In this document: positions 1 to 7,287 of the stretch, piece by piece | How positions within the stretch are numbered: the stretch's first letter is position 1 | Layout of the letters: the number at the start of each line of letters is the position of its first letter | IMG/VR virus record: IMGVR_UViG_3300011434_000011 | Location: 1-41,805 of that record | Origin: a virus | Lineage: Duplodnaviria > Caudoviricetes | Length of the DNA stretch: 41,805 bases | Strand: one strand, 5' to 3' | Notes under the pieces: generated by a model | Databases searched by the model: none | Told to the model about the DNA's origin: nothing | Seen by the model: only the letters and a program-made list of their open reading frames with translations | Made by a program: the position numbers and the translations under genes

Positions 1-264
1 GCGCGCCTTGCTACGCTCCCCAACGTTGCCGTCCGGCGATCCGCGCTCAAGGTCGACGAGAATCCGCCGATTGATTCGGCACTGCCCCTAACATCGGGCG
101 TCACGTCAACCGGCCCGGGGTGCCCAAAGCAATCCGCCGGATCCTGCGAGGCTGCCGGCTGCCGGGCGTGCTGGAGCCGCTCCCACGTCCACGTTGATTA
201 CCACGTCCACGGCCAGAAAGCCCCGATCCAGTGGCAGGCTGTACTTGCCCGGAGGACACCATGA
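1..264 (+). CDS. GP88-like protein, C-terminal fragment (5' truncated by window edge)
   Basis: Frame 1 is open from base 1: ...LPNVAVRRSALKVD...TSGV...CPKQ..GSCEAAGCRACW...VDYHVH. This Cys/His pattern resembles the C-terminus of phage GP88-family proteins. Stop overlaps the next ATG (ATGA 261-264). Not in the ORF track. Confidence 0.65.
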   Translation, partial: ARLATLPNVAVRRSALKVDENPPIDSALPLTSGVTSTGPGCPKQSAGSCEAAGCRACWSRSHVHVDYHVHGQKAPIQWQAVLARRTP

Positions 265-497
265 GCTTCACCCAACGCGTAACAGCCAGCATGCTCCGCG
301 AGCACAATGCCGCCCGCGGATGGATAGCCGACCGCTCCGCCTGGTCGATCGCCGGCCAGGAAGCCCGCGATCGCGCCTACTTGGCCCGCGTCGCACGCGC
401 CTTGCGCTATCTCGCCAAGCGCGGCGGGCGGGTGCCGTCCGATTGCTCAATCTGCCGCCGCCGCCATGGGTCCGAAATAACCCACGCCTGCGAGTAA
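261..497 (+). CDS. hypothetical protein with C-terminal CxxC..H..H/C metal-binding motif
   Basis: GGAGG RBS before ATG 261; ends CSICRRRHGSEITHACE. Confidence 0.7.
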   Translation: MSFTQRVTASMLREHNAARGWIADRSAWSIAGQEARDRAYLARVARALRYLAKRGGRVPSDCSICRRRHGSEITHACE

Positions 498-510
498 GGG
501 GGAACCAACA

Positions 511-1080
511 ATGAACCCGCCATACGCCCTAGACGCCATCCGCGCCACCATCGCCGACGCGCTCGCCAAGGCCTGCCCCGAGGGAGCCCCCCCGGAGCCC
601 GCCATCCGCTGGAGTCGAGCCTACAGCTACTGCGGTCGCGCGCTGATCGTCGACCGCCGCGCTATCGATGGGGCATTTGCCTCAATCGTTGTCCTGTCCT
701 CGTCCTGGCGAGCCGCAACGCCCGAAGGCCAGCGTCAAACCCTTGTGCATGAGGCCATGCACATCGCCGATGCTTGGCTGCACCCCGGCCAGCCCCTTGG
801 CCACGGCTGGCCCTGGCGCGTGCTCATGCTCAAGGTCGGCGTGCCGGCCGAGGCGGCATCCAAGGACCCTGGGGCAAATGCCGCAAATGCCTTGGCCAGG
901 TGGCGCAGAGACCGCTGGGTCTTTTGCCCCTGCAGCGCCCATCGCGTCTCGGCACGCGCCCACAACGGATACGCAACCGGCACGCGCCCCGGCACTTGCC
1001 GCCGCTGCCGCTGTCCCATCTCGCCGCGCCCCTACGACCTCGAAACCTCGGCACGACTTGTGCAAGGAGTTGCTGCATGA
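511..1080 (+). CDS. SprT-like zinc metalloprotease
   Basis: TLVHEAMH (HExxH), HGWPW motif, C-terminal CxC...CxxC zinc ribbon; AAGGGGG RBS. Confidence 0.85.
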   Translation: MNPPYALDAIRATIADALAKACPEGAPPEPAIRWSRAYSYCGRALIVDRRAIDGAFASIVVLSSSWRAATPEGQRQTLVHEAMHIADAWLHPGQPLGHGWPWRVLMLKVGVPAEAASKDPGANAANALARWRRDRWVFCPCSAHRVSARAHNGYATGTRPGTCRRCRCPISPRPYDLETSARLVQGVAA

Positions 1081-1202
1081 AAACAATGATCGTCGCCCTA
1101 CTCGTCCTGCTGCTCGCAACGCTAGCGGCCGCCTGGGCCACGCGCCCCCTGCCCATCGGCGATGGCATCGCCGTAACCGACACCGTTTATGTCACACGTT
1201 GA
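1077..1202 (+). CDS. small secreted/membrane peptide (41 aa)
   Basis: AAGGAG RBS, ATGA overlap; MKTMIVALLVLLLATLAAAWA signal-peptide-like N-terminus. Confidence 0.65.
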   Translation: MKTMIVALLVLLLATLAAAWATRPLPIGDGIAVTDTVYVTR

Positions 1203-1341
1203 CATTCTCGGGTGGGCGTGGAACGCTGTCACGCAAACCGACTGGCGCCCCTGGGTGCTTAACACCACCACCTTGCCGCCCCTTAGCATAACCCAGCCGC
1301 TTGACATCGGTATTGCTTGGAGAGGAGTTGAACCATCATGA
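1189..1341 (+). CDS. micro-ORF family member (50 aa)
   Basis: MSHVDILGWAWNAVTQTDWRPWVLNTTTLPPLSITQPLDIGIAWRGVEPS; overlaps both neighbours; xAxxA and DIG motifs. Confidence 0.6.
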   Translation: MSHVDILGWAWNAVTQTDWRPWVLNTTTLPPLSITQPLDIGIAWRGVEPS

Positions 1342-1607
1342 CCCGCGATGCTCTCGAGGAATCCCTTGCCCGCGTCAACGCAACGCGCGGGTACAGCAAC
1401 CGGTACCGCCTGGTCCAGCGCTTCGATCGCGCCCCGGGTAAGCCCCGCGCGTTGGCGCTCGTCAAGGCCATCGGCCGCGCCGACAGCAACATCACCGGGT
1501 GGAAAACCCCGGCTGAGATGGCCGCGTTTCTCGCCGGCTTCATCGAGGGCTTCGAGACCTGCGAGAGGCACGTCCGCCGAACGATGGGAGGCCTACGATG
1601 TTCATAG
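1338..1607 (+). CDS. hypothetical protein
   Basis: GAGGAG RBS, ATGA overlap, GC-rich third codon positions. Confidence 0.75.
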   Translation: MTRDALEESLARVNATRGYSNRYRLVQRFDRAPGKPRALALVKAIGRADSNITGWKTPAEMAAFLAGFIEGFETCERHVRRTMGGLRCS

Positions 1608-1735
1608 ACTACCTCTGCGCCGCCGCTTGGGCCTTTGCTGGCGTCGTCTACATGTTCCAGGACAAGCTTGACCTCATGCTGGGCGCGTTCGCCCTGTCCA
1701 CATTCTGGACCTACCTCGGGAGGCTAGCGGAATGA
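1598..1735 (+). CDS. small two-helix membrane protein (45 aa)
   Basis: GGAGG RBS; MFIDYLCAAAWAFAGVVYMFQDKLDLMLGAFALSTFWTYLGRLAE; stop overlaps next ATG. Confidence 0.65.
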   Translation: MFIDYLCAAAWAFAGVVYMFQDKLDLMLGAFALSTFWTYLGRLAE

Positions 1736-2007
1736 CGGCCATGCACGTCCCGCGCATCCCGCGCGCTGAGCAAGAGACCGTGATCCAAGCTGACTCCGGG
1801 GGGGTTATCGCCTACACCACCGACCCTGCCGTGTGGCGCGCCCTCAAGCGCCGCGCGAAGGCCCTGGGTGGCTCCATCGAGACCACCCATCTCGAGGAGG
1901 GGAATCCCCACAACCGCGAAGTCGGGGGGCAAGTCCGCCTCCCCGCGTTCGCCTGGAGCACCGCGCGCTTTGGCCTGCGCTCCCGCCCGCCGAAGGTGGC
2001 GGCCTGA
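1732..2007 (+). CDS. hypothetical phage protein (EQETVI...YT.D motif)
   Basis: GGGAGG RBS, ATGA overlap; the motif recurs in small phage proteins of unknown function. Confidence 0.7.
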   Translation: MTAMHVPRIPRAEQETVIQADSGGVIAYTTDPAVWRALKRRAKALGGSIETTHLEEGNPHNREVGGQVRLPAFAWSTARFGLRSRPPKVAA

Positions 2008-2117
2008 TGCCGCCCGAGTCCGGCTACCACTTCCCCGGGAACGCCTCCGGCGCCGTCCACGGCGGCCCGCGGAGCACCTGCTCAGTTTGCCCACCCACTG
2101 CAAGAAAGGACCCAGCC

Positions 2118-2339
2118 ATGCCGTCCATCCGCCCCTTCGAGGACCGTCCCGTCCTTGGCTCTGACACCGCCGCCCTGCGGGCAGCCCTTGTGCAGGCGAC
2201 GCTGGCCCAAGCCGACGCCAAGGCCCTCGAGCTACGCACCGGCGCCGCCCATATAGCTGCGCAGAACGCCCTCGGCTCAGCCAACCGCCTCTACGACAAG
2301 GCCTACACCGCCCTGCTCGAGGCCATGAGCCGCTCATGA
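2118..2339 (+). CDS. hypothetical Ala-rich helical protein (alternative start 2007)
   Basis: AAAGGA RBS before ATG 2118; coiled-coil-like composition. Confidence 0.65.
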   Translation: MPSIRPFEDRPVLGSDTAALRAALVQATLAQADAKALELRTGAAHIAAQNALGSANRLYDKAYTALLEAMSRS

Positions 2340-2470
2340 TCACGGACCACGCGCACTACGCATATGGGTTGTACGACATGCTTTGGCAGCCCCACTTCCG
2401 CGAGCCGCGGCCGGCCATGGGCGTGACTCTCGGCCAACCCCTGCACTGGGAGGACCTCTACGATGTCTGA
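2336..2470 (+). CDS. micro-ORF family member (44 aa)
   Basis: MITDHAHYAYGLYDMLWQPHFREPRPAMGVTLGQPLHWEDLYDV; ATGA overlap; HAHYA motif. Confidence 0.6.
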   Translation: MITDHAHYAYGLYDMLWQPHFREPRPAMGVTLGQPLHWEDLYDV

Positions 2471-2531
2471 TCCCCTCGAGCTCGCCATCCTCGACCTGCT
2501 CGCCGTCCTGCGGCGCCGGGCGCCCAAATGA
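2463..2531 (+). CDS. 22-aa amphipathic peptide
   Basis: GGAGG RBS; MSDPLELAILDLLAVLRRRAPK; GC-rich third codon positions. Confidence 0.45.
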   Translation: MSDPLELAILDLLAVLRRRAPK

Positions 2532-2630
2532 CCCGGAACCCCGCGGCACGGGCGGCTTGCCCCCAGCGCTACGAGCCGATCCCGCGGTACGGCCGCTGGT
2601 GGCTCTGCCGGCTGGTCCCCATCATACCCA

Positions 2631-2661
2631 TAAACAAAAACGCCCCTTTGTTTTAGGGGCG
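2631..2661 (-). terminator. intrinsic terminator oriented on the minus strand
   Basis: Perfect 7-bp stem CGCCCCT/AGGGGCG (2641-2661) followed on the - strand by TTTTTGTTTA. Confidence 0.55.
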
Positions 2662-2844
2662 GAACCGAGGGGGCGGATTGATTGTATTCAGCCACAGACT
2701 TACATCTGTTTGCCTTCCGGTGCAGGGGGCAGGTGGCTCACAGTCGGCCGTGAGCCCCCGCTTATCGGGGTACATAGATGTAACCCCGGAAACTGAGAAA
2801 AGTTCCCAGGAACCATTCACCCGGCGCCGGGTTGGAGAGATGCC

Positions 2845-3222
2845 ATGGACATAGCCTTGCTGAGAGACCTGGAGCGCATCGTCCGAATGCCGTACGTGAG
2901 AGACCGCCAGGCGGCGCTCCGTGCCTTGGCCCACCCGGACATCGTCTTGGCGTGCCTCGAGGAGCAGCAAACGGAGGCGGTGGCGGCGCGCGTCGACCTC
3001 TCCGGCGTCACCATGGCGTCGGTCAGCGCTGCCCTGCGGGAACTCGGCCCCGGCCTACACCGGGTCTGGCACATCCAGGAAAAGCTGGGCCTGCCGGTTG
3101 GCAAGGGCCACGGCTCCAACGCCTGGTCCTCGAAGAACGCCGTGATCCGCACTCTCCTGCGCCTCCGCAAGCTCGGCCTCGTGAAGCGCGATCCTGAGGG
3201 CGGCGGATGGAGCGTCGTTTGA
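2845..3222 (+). CDS. putative winged-helix DNA-binding protein
   Basis: C-terminal HRVWHIQEKLGL...SKNAVIRTLLRLRKLGLVKRD..GGWSV is a wHTH-like pattern; GGAGAG RBS. Confidence 0.6.
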   Translation: MDIALLRDLERIVRMPYVRDRQAALRALAHPDIVLACLEEQQTEAVAARVDLSGVTMASVSAALRELGPGLHRVWHIQEKLGLPVGKGHGSNAWSSKNAVIRTLLRLRKLGLVKRDPEGGGWSVV

Positions 3223-3371
3223 TGCGTTTCCGCACCAGGGAGCACGCGCGCCGGGCCTGCGGTGGCGCCGTGCCGCGCTTTCCCTGCCCTCGGCACGGCA
3301 GGGATTGGCAGGTGGCCCTCGGCCGCGCCCCCATATGGCACTTCACCCTCGGCCTGGAGGATGTCCCTTGA
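3222..3371 (+). CDS. micro-ORF family member (49 aa)
   Basis: MRFRTREHARRACGGAVPRFPCPRHGRDWQVALGRAPIWHFTLGLEDVP; TGATG overlap; HARRA motif. Confidence 0.6.
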   Translation: MRFRTREHARRACGGAVPRFPCPRHGRDWQVALGRAPIWHFTLGLEDVP

Positions 3372-3763
3372 AGAAGCTCCTACACGTTTCCGCGCTCAGA
3401 GCCACCGACACCAACAGGTGGCCCGACTACAACGCACGCTGGGACTTCAATCCGCGCGGTGCTGATTGGCGGGTCCTCGGCCTTTGCCTCGCCCTCGCCC
3501 TGTGCATACCCCCCGGAGCCATGGCAGCCCCGTCAGTTGCCCTCACCGAAACGTCCTTGACGATCGTCGCCGAGGGCCCCTTCGTCCTCTGGTCCGTCGA
3601 GAAGGATATGCCCGTCGTGGCGTCAGCGCTGTGGGCGCGGGAGTTGCCCCGCCCGCCCGACGGCATCTACCTGGTCCTGACCTTCGACACCGAGCGCAAG
3701 ATCCACGTGACACCGTTTGTGGTCGGCATGCCGCCGGCCTGGAGGCAATGGACGCATGTATAG
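3368..3763 (+). CDS. membrane-anchored/exported protein with micro-ORF-like N-terminus
   Basis: GGAGG RBS, TTGA overlap; MKKLLHVSALRA..., hydrophobic VLGLCLALALCI segment, then a beta-rich domain. Confidence 0.6.
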   Translation: MKKLLHVSALRATDTNRWPDYNARWDFNPRGADWRVLGLCLALALCIPPGAMAAPSVALTETSLTIVAEGPFVLWSVEKDMPVVASALWARELPRPPDGIYLVLTFDTERKIHVTPFVVGMPPAWRQWTHV

Positions 3764-3813
3764 GCCTTGCTATGCCCAAGCGGCCCGCGGAGCCGGGAAC
3801 TTTGCCAATTACT

Positions 3814-3838
3814 GGCCCCCGGTGGGGTGCTTTTTATT
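3814..3838 (+). terminator. putative intrinsic terminator
   Basis: GC-rich imperfect stem GCCCCC-GGT-GGGGTGC followed by TTTTTATT. Confidence 0.5.
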
Positions 3839-3868
3839 GCTGGACTGCGATTGGGGCATTGCGCTCGC

Positions 3869-3958
3869 ATGGCCCGCTTCGTAGCTGCCTGCGCCGTCCT
3901 CGGCGCCATCATCTACGCCCTTTGGTGGACCCTTGAGTGGAGGTATTGGCACCCATGA
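3869..3958 (+). CDS. small membrane peptide (29 aa)
   Basis: MARFVAACAVLGAIIYALWWTLEWRYWHP; stop overlaps next ATG. Confidence 0.5.
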   Translation: MARFVAACAVLGAIIYALWWTLEWRYWHP

Positions 3959-4113
3959 TGATGATCCACTGGAAACACGTGCAGCTTGCCGCAGAGACGG
4001 ATATGTACGACTACAGGCCCGCAGCGATCGAGCGCCGGGCCGCTTGGCTGCCAATCGGCGAGTGCGCCCCGGACTGCGTTTCCCTCACAACAATCCCCGT
4101 GGAGCTCCGCTGA
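3955..4113 (+). CDS. micro-ORF family member (52 aa)
   Basis: GGAGG RBS; MMMIHWKHVQLAAETDMYDYRPAAIERRAAWLPIGECAPDCVSLTTIPVELR; HVQLA and PIG motifs; TGATG overlap. Confidence 0.6.
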   Translation: MMMIHWKHVQLAAETDMYDYRPAAIERRAAWLPIGECAPDCVSLTTIPVELR

Positions 4114-4892
4114 TGTACCTCTTGGCCCATTGGGAAAAGCCCTCGGTCTTTACCCTCAGCGACTGCGACGGCGCCGTCATCGGCCACCACGGCTGGCGCG
4201 ACGCGGACATTCGCCGGTACGTGCTCTCGCGCCCCGACTGGCTGCTCTTCGACTACTTCAACGTGTGGCAAATGCCCCTCTTGAAGTGGCTCGACGGCAC
4301 GAACCCCTGGTTCGAGTTCCTCGGCAACGGCGAAGGCAGGCACCCGTACTACATGACGCCCGACGGGCGCCCGGTGTGCGAGCGTTGGAAGGGCCGGCCC
4401 CTGGTGCCGTGGGCAAACATCGACCCGCAGAAAGCTGCGGATTGTGTCATCGATGCGAAGGAGCGGCGGAACCCGAGGGGCCATGGCGGCATCTTGCTGG
4501 ACTGCTGGTTCCCCCGCCTCGAGGCGTGGATGTCGCCAGACATCCTGACCATCCCACCCGACGTCGAGGCGCAGCATGCTGCGAACGCCTTTGCCTTCCT
4601 GCGCCTGCTCGAGGCCGCGGCTGTCCCTGTCCTCACGAACGGCGACCGGAACTCTGGCCGGCAGCCGGTGTACCTAGAGGACACCGGGCAGCGGATCCCG
4701 TGGGACGAGGCCCTGGCGGTGTGGCGCGGGTTGTCAACACTCTCGGTCAACGCCGACGTTCCATACAACGTGGCACTGGCCCTGCAGGCCTGGGGCACGG
4801 GTAAGTGGCTTGCCTTTACTGACGGCGATGGCACCGCCGCGCCAGGCGCCTACGCCCAGGCCTTGGCGTACCGGAGGGCGTATGGTGTCTGA
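4113..4892 (+). CDS. putative glycoside-hydrolase-like TIM-barrel protein
   Basis: ATG 4113 after GGAG; LFDYFN, HGGILLD, VLTNG and VYLED strands spaced like the GxxLD/NG/E motifs of GH114/GHL-type barrels; Trp-rich. Confidence 0.45.
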   Translation: MYLLAHWEKPSVFTLSDCDGAVIGHHGWRDADIRRYVLSRPDWLLFDYFNVWQMPLLKWLDGTNPWFEFLGNGEGRHPYYMTPDGRPVCERWKGRPLVPWANIDPQKAADCVIDAKERRNPRGHGGILLDCWFPRLEAWMSPDILTIPPDVEAQHAANAFAFLRLLEAAAVPVLTNGDRNSGRQPVYLEDTGQRIPWDEALAVWRGLSTLSVNADVPYNVALALQAWGTGKWLAFTDGDGTAAPGAYAQALAYRRAYGV

Positions 4893-5052
4893 GATCAAGC
4901 CCCACGCGCGTGCCGCCCACCGCGGGGCCGGGTTCTGGCGGCGCGATCTACGTCCGACGCACGAGGGCAAGAAGGACGGCGGGCAGTTTTATTTCGACTC
5001 GATTGACATGTGGTCTTGGCATTGGACCGCTGAGGTGTTTGATGGTACTTAG
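4882..5052 (+). CDS. micro-ORF family member (56 aa), paralogue of next ORF
   Basis: GGAGGG RBS; MVSEIKPHARAAHRGAGFWRRDLRPTHEGKKDGGQFYFDSIDMWSWHWTAEVFDGT. Confidence 0.7.
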   Translation: MVSEIKPHARAAHRGAGFWRRDLRPTHEGKKDGGQFYFDSIDMWSWHWTAEVFDGT

Positions 5053-5230
5053 GCTCGACGCGCAAATCCTCTCTACTGCCCGAGAAGCGCTCTACGGCTA
5101 CACTTCTTGGTGGCGCTTAGACGTTAGGCCCAGGCACCGCGGTAGGCTTGAGGCCGACGATTATTCCTTTGACCCAATCAGTATGGGCTCCATGCACTGG
5201 CACGCTGAGACGTTCGGTTCCCAGCCCTAG
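5042..5230 (+). CDS. micro-ORF family member (62 aa), paralogue of previous ORF
   Basis: GAGG RBS; MVLRLDAQILSTAREALYGYTSWWRLDVRPRHRGRLEADDYSFDPISMGSMHWHAETFGSQP; ungapped alignment to the 4882..5052 product. Confidence 0.7.
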   Translation: MVLRLDAQILSTAREALYGYTSWWRLDVRPRHRGRLEADDYSFDPISMGSMHWHAETFGSQP

Positions 5231-5240
5231 AGGAGACCTC

Positions 5241-6350
5241 ATGGCAACTACGACCCCAACCCCAGAGCAGCGCGCCCAATTCCCCGCGTGGGAAGCCAAG
5301 TGGCGCGCGAACGGCCTCAACACCAAGCCCATGGACGACGCCGACAAGGCGGCCATGCGCTCGGCGCTTGCTGGCATCTACGCCCACATCGCCAAGCAGC
5401 CGCCCCCGCCTGAGGTGATCTTCGTCGCCTCGATGCGGGAGTTGCTGATCGAGGCGCCGGTGCTCCTCGGCCTCAACTACCTCAAGAAAACCCCAGACGC
5501 CGTCAAGGAGATCTGCCCCGGCGTGGACCTCGCGGCCGGCGCGGCTCTGGCACGCAAGGCCCTGTGGGCGAAGGCCCTCGGGGAGCCGGCTCCGCGGACC
5601 CCGAAGGCCATGACTAACATGATGGCCCTCTACCAGGAGATTCACCGCCTGTCGCGAAACCTGTGGGACGGCGGGAACCTGTGGAGCGGCTGGCCCTGCC
5701 ACCTCTCCTTCTACCGGGGCGTCGTCGGCGTGAACGACGAGGACACGACGGGCTGGCCCTTCTACGAGGAAGCCGCGGTTCACGGCGGCCCCCGCATCAT
5801 GGCCCCCGAGTTCGCCATGGTCTGCGACCGGCCCCAGCACATCCACGTCGATAGCGGCGACCGGCTGCACTTCGTCGGCGGGTCCGCCATCCGGTGGCGC
5901 GATGGGTTCGAGTTGTTCCGGTGGCACGGCATTCCTGTCCCCGCCCGGTTGGTCTGCCAGCCCGAGACCATCACCCTGCAGGAGATCAACGACGAGAGGA
6001 ACGCAGAGATCCGCCGCGCGATGCTCTCGCTCTACGGCATGGACCGGTACCTGCACGACACCGGGGCGGTGCCGCTGACGGGGGGAACCGATGATTGGGG
6101 TGCGCTGTACGAGATCAAGCACCCGAACGGCCGCCGGTCGCTGCTCGTCAAGGTCGTGAATAGCTCCCCGGAGCCGGACGGGACCTTCAAGGACTACTAC
6201 CTGCGCGTCCACCCCGAGTTGCGCCCCCTCCAGCGCCGCGGGAACCGCGTGACGGTAACCGGCGAGCCGCAGGCCCTGACCGCCCGGAACGCCGTGGCGT
6301 CCACGTTCGGCAAGCGGGGTGAGCATTACGCCCCGGAATTGGAGTCGTAG
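5241..6350 (+). CDS. DUF6745-domain protein
   Basis: GAGGAG RBS; CDRP..IH.D..DRLH...GSAIRWRDGFELFRWHGIPVP, ERNAEIRR, VVNSSPEPDGTFKDYYLRV..., ARNAVASTFG. Confidence 0.75.
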   Translation: MATTTPTPEQRAQFPAWEAKWRANGLNTKPMDDADKAAMRSALAGIYAHIAKQPPPPEVIFVASMRELLIEAPVLLGLNYLKKTPDAVKEICPGVDLAAGAALARKALWAKALGEPAPRTPKAMTNMMALYQEIHRLSRNLWDGGNLWSGWPCHLSFYRGVVGVNDEDTTGWPFYEEAAVHGGPRIMAPEFAMVCDRPQHIHVDSGDRLHFVGGSAIRWRDGFELFRWHGIPVPARLVCQPETITLQEINDERNAEIRRAMLSLYGMDRYLHDTGAVPLTGGTDDWGALYEIKHPNGRRSLLVKVVNSSPEPDGTFKDYYLRVHPELRPLQRRGNRVTVTGEPQALTARNAVASTFGKRGEHYAPELES

Positions 6351-6410
6351 ATGTTCGAAGCTGTCGCCCAGCGAAACTCGCTGAGCGGACCCCCCCACAA
6401 GGAGAATCAC

Positions 6411-6758
6411 ATGGACAAGATCAAGGGCCAGGTCCGCCAGGGCGACGTCCTGCTGGACCCCACCTCCACCCCCCTCGCGAACGCCGTCGAGGTCCCGCGG
6501 GATAACGGCCGCGTCGTGCTCGCCTACGGCGAGGTCACGGGCCACGCGCACGCCATCGCTGACGAAGGCGTCGCGCTGCTCGAGGACCCGTCGACCGGCG
6601 AGCGCCAGCTGGTTGCCTTCAGCGACACCAAGGTCCGGCACGAGGAGCACTCGGCTCTCCCGGTCCTCGGAAGCCTGGCGACCGAGGCGCGGCGGAACGT
6701 CATCCTCCAGTCCGAGTGGTCGGACGAGGAAGAGGCGGGCTTCGGCGTCGCCGACTGA
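6411..6758 (+). CDS. His-rich partner of DUF6745 protein (RQGDV...GEVTGHAH...HEEH)
   Basis: AAGGAG RBS; motif set typical of the small gene that neighbours DUF6745 genes. Confidence 0.75.
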   Translation: MDKIKGQVRQGDVLLDPTSTPLANAVEVPRDNGRVVLAYGEVTGHAHAIADEGVALLEDPSTGERQLVAFSDTKVRHEEHSALPVLGSLATEARRNVILQSEWSDEEEAGFGVAD

Positions 6759-6760
6759 CG

Positions 6761-7033
6761 ATGTTCTACCGATCCGGCGGCTGGTACTACTGTGAGGCGT
6801 GCAAGCCGCCGGATCCTCTAGCCGTTCGCCTCACCGATCTGGGGGTGCAGCAAGCGCCGGTCTTCTGCGCGGGCTGCACCTCCCTTCTACCTGCCCGCCT
6901 CCACCGGCTCGCGGACCTGCGCGCCGCGGTGTTCGCGCCGGCCGCATGGGCCCAGGTCGTCCGCATGTACGGCCTCGAGCGAGACCCCCCGGAGCAGGTG
7001 TCGCCCCCAACCTTGGCGTGGGACGATGAATAG
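6761..7033 (+). CDS. hypothetical zinc-finger protein
   Basis: CEAC...CAGC pairs; starts 2 nt after the previous stop. Confidence 0.6.
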   Translation: MFYRSGGWYYCEACKPPDPLAVRLTDLGVQQAPVFCAGCTSLLPARLHRLADLRAAVFAPAAWAQVVRMYGLERDPPEQVSPPTLAWDDE

Positions 7034-7178
7034 CCCGGCCTACTGGAGCATCGACGCGCTGCGCGGCACTGGCCCGCTCCGGCTTAGTCCCACAGGTGCC
7101 GACTGCCAAACCCTCCCGGGGTTCTGGCTCCAAACCTCTAGGGGGAACTATCTTGTCGCCATCTCCTCGGACCTGTGA
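7026..7178 (+). CDS. probable micro-ORF family member (50 aa)
   Basis: MNSPAYWSIDALRGTGPLRLSPTGADCQTLPGFWLQTSRGNYLVAISSDL; overlaps neighbours; only the relaxed motif (WSIDA). Confidence 0.45.
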   Translation: MNSPAYWSIDALRGTGPLRLSPTGADCQTLPGFWLQTSRGNYLVAISSDL

Positions 7179-7287
7179 GTGCGGGCGCTTCGTGCCCCCG
7201 CCCGTCGGTAACGTCGTCGCCATGCGGTGCCCGCACTGCACCCACGCTGTGTGGCTGATCCACGTGCTGGCGGTGGTGCAGGGATGA
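7153..7287 (+). CDS. small zinc-ribbon protein (44 aa)
   Basis: TTG start after AGGGGG; CECG...RCPHC; stop overlaps helicase ATG. Confidence 0.55.
   Translation: MSPSPRTCECGRFVPPPVGNVVAMRCPHCTHAVWLIHVLAVVQG

Noticed and set aside
1049-1065. Additional sigma-54-like element CGGCACG-ACTT-GTGCA
   Set aside because: Mismatch in the -12 box, lies inside a coding region and would start transcription past the RBS; probably chance.
1199-1306. Two perfect TTGACA hexamers (1199, 1301)
   Set aside because: No acceptable -10 box at 16-18 nt spacing.
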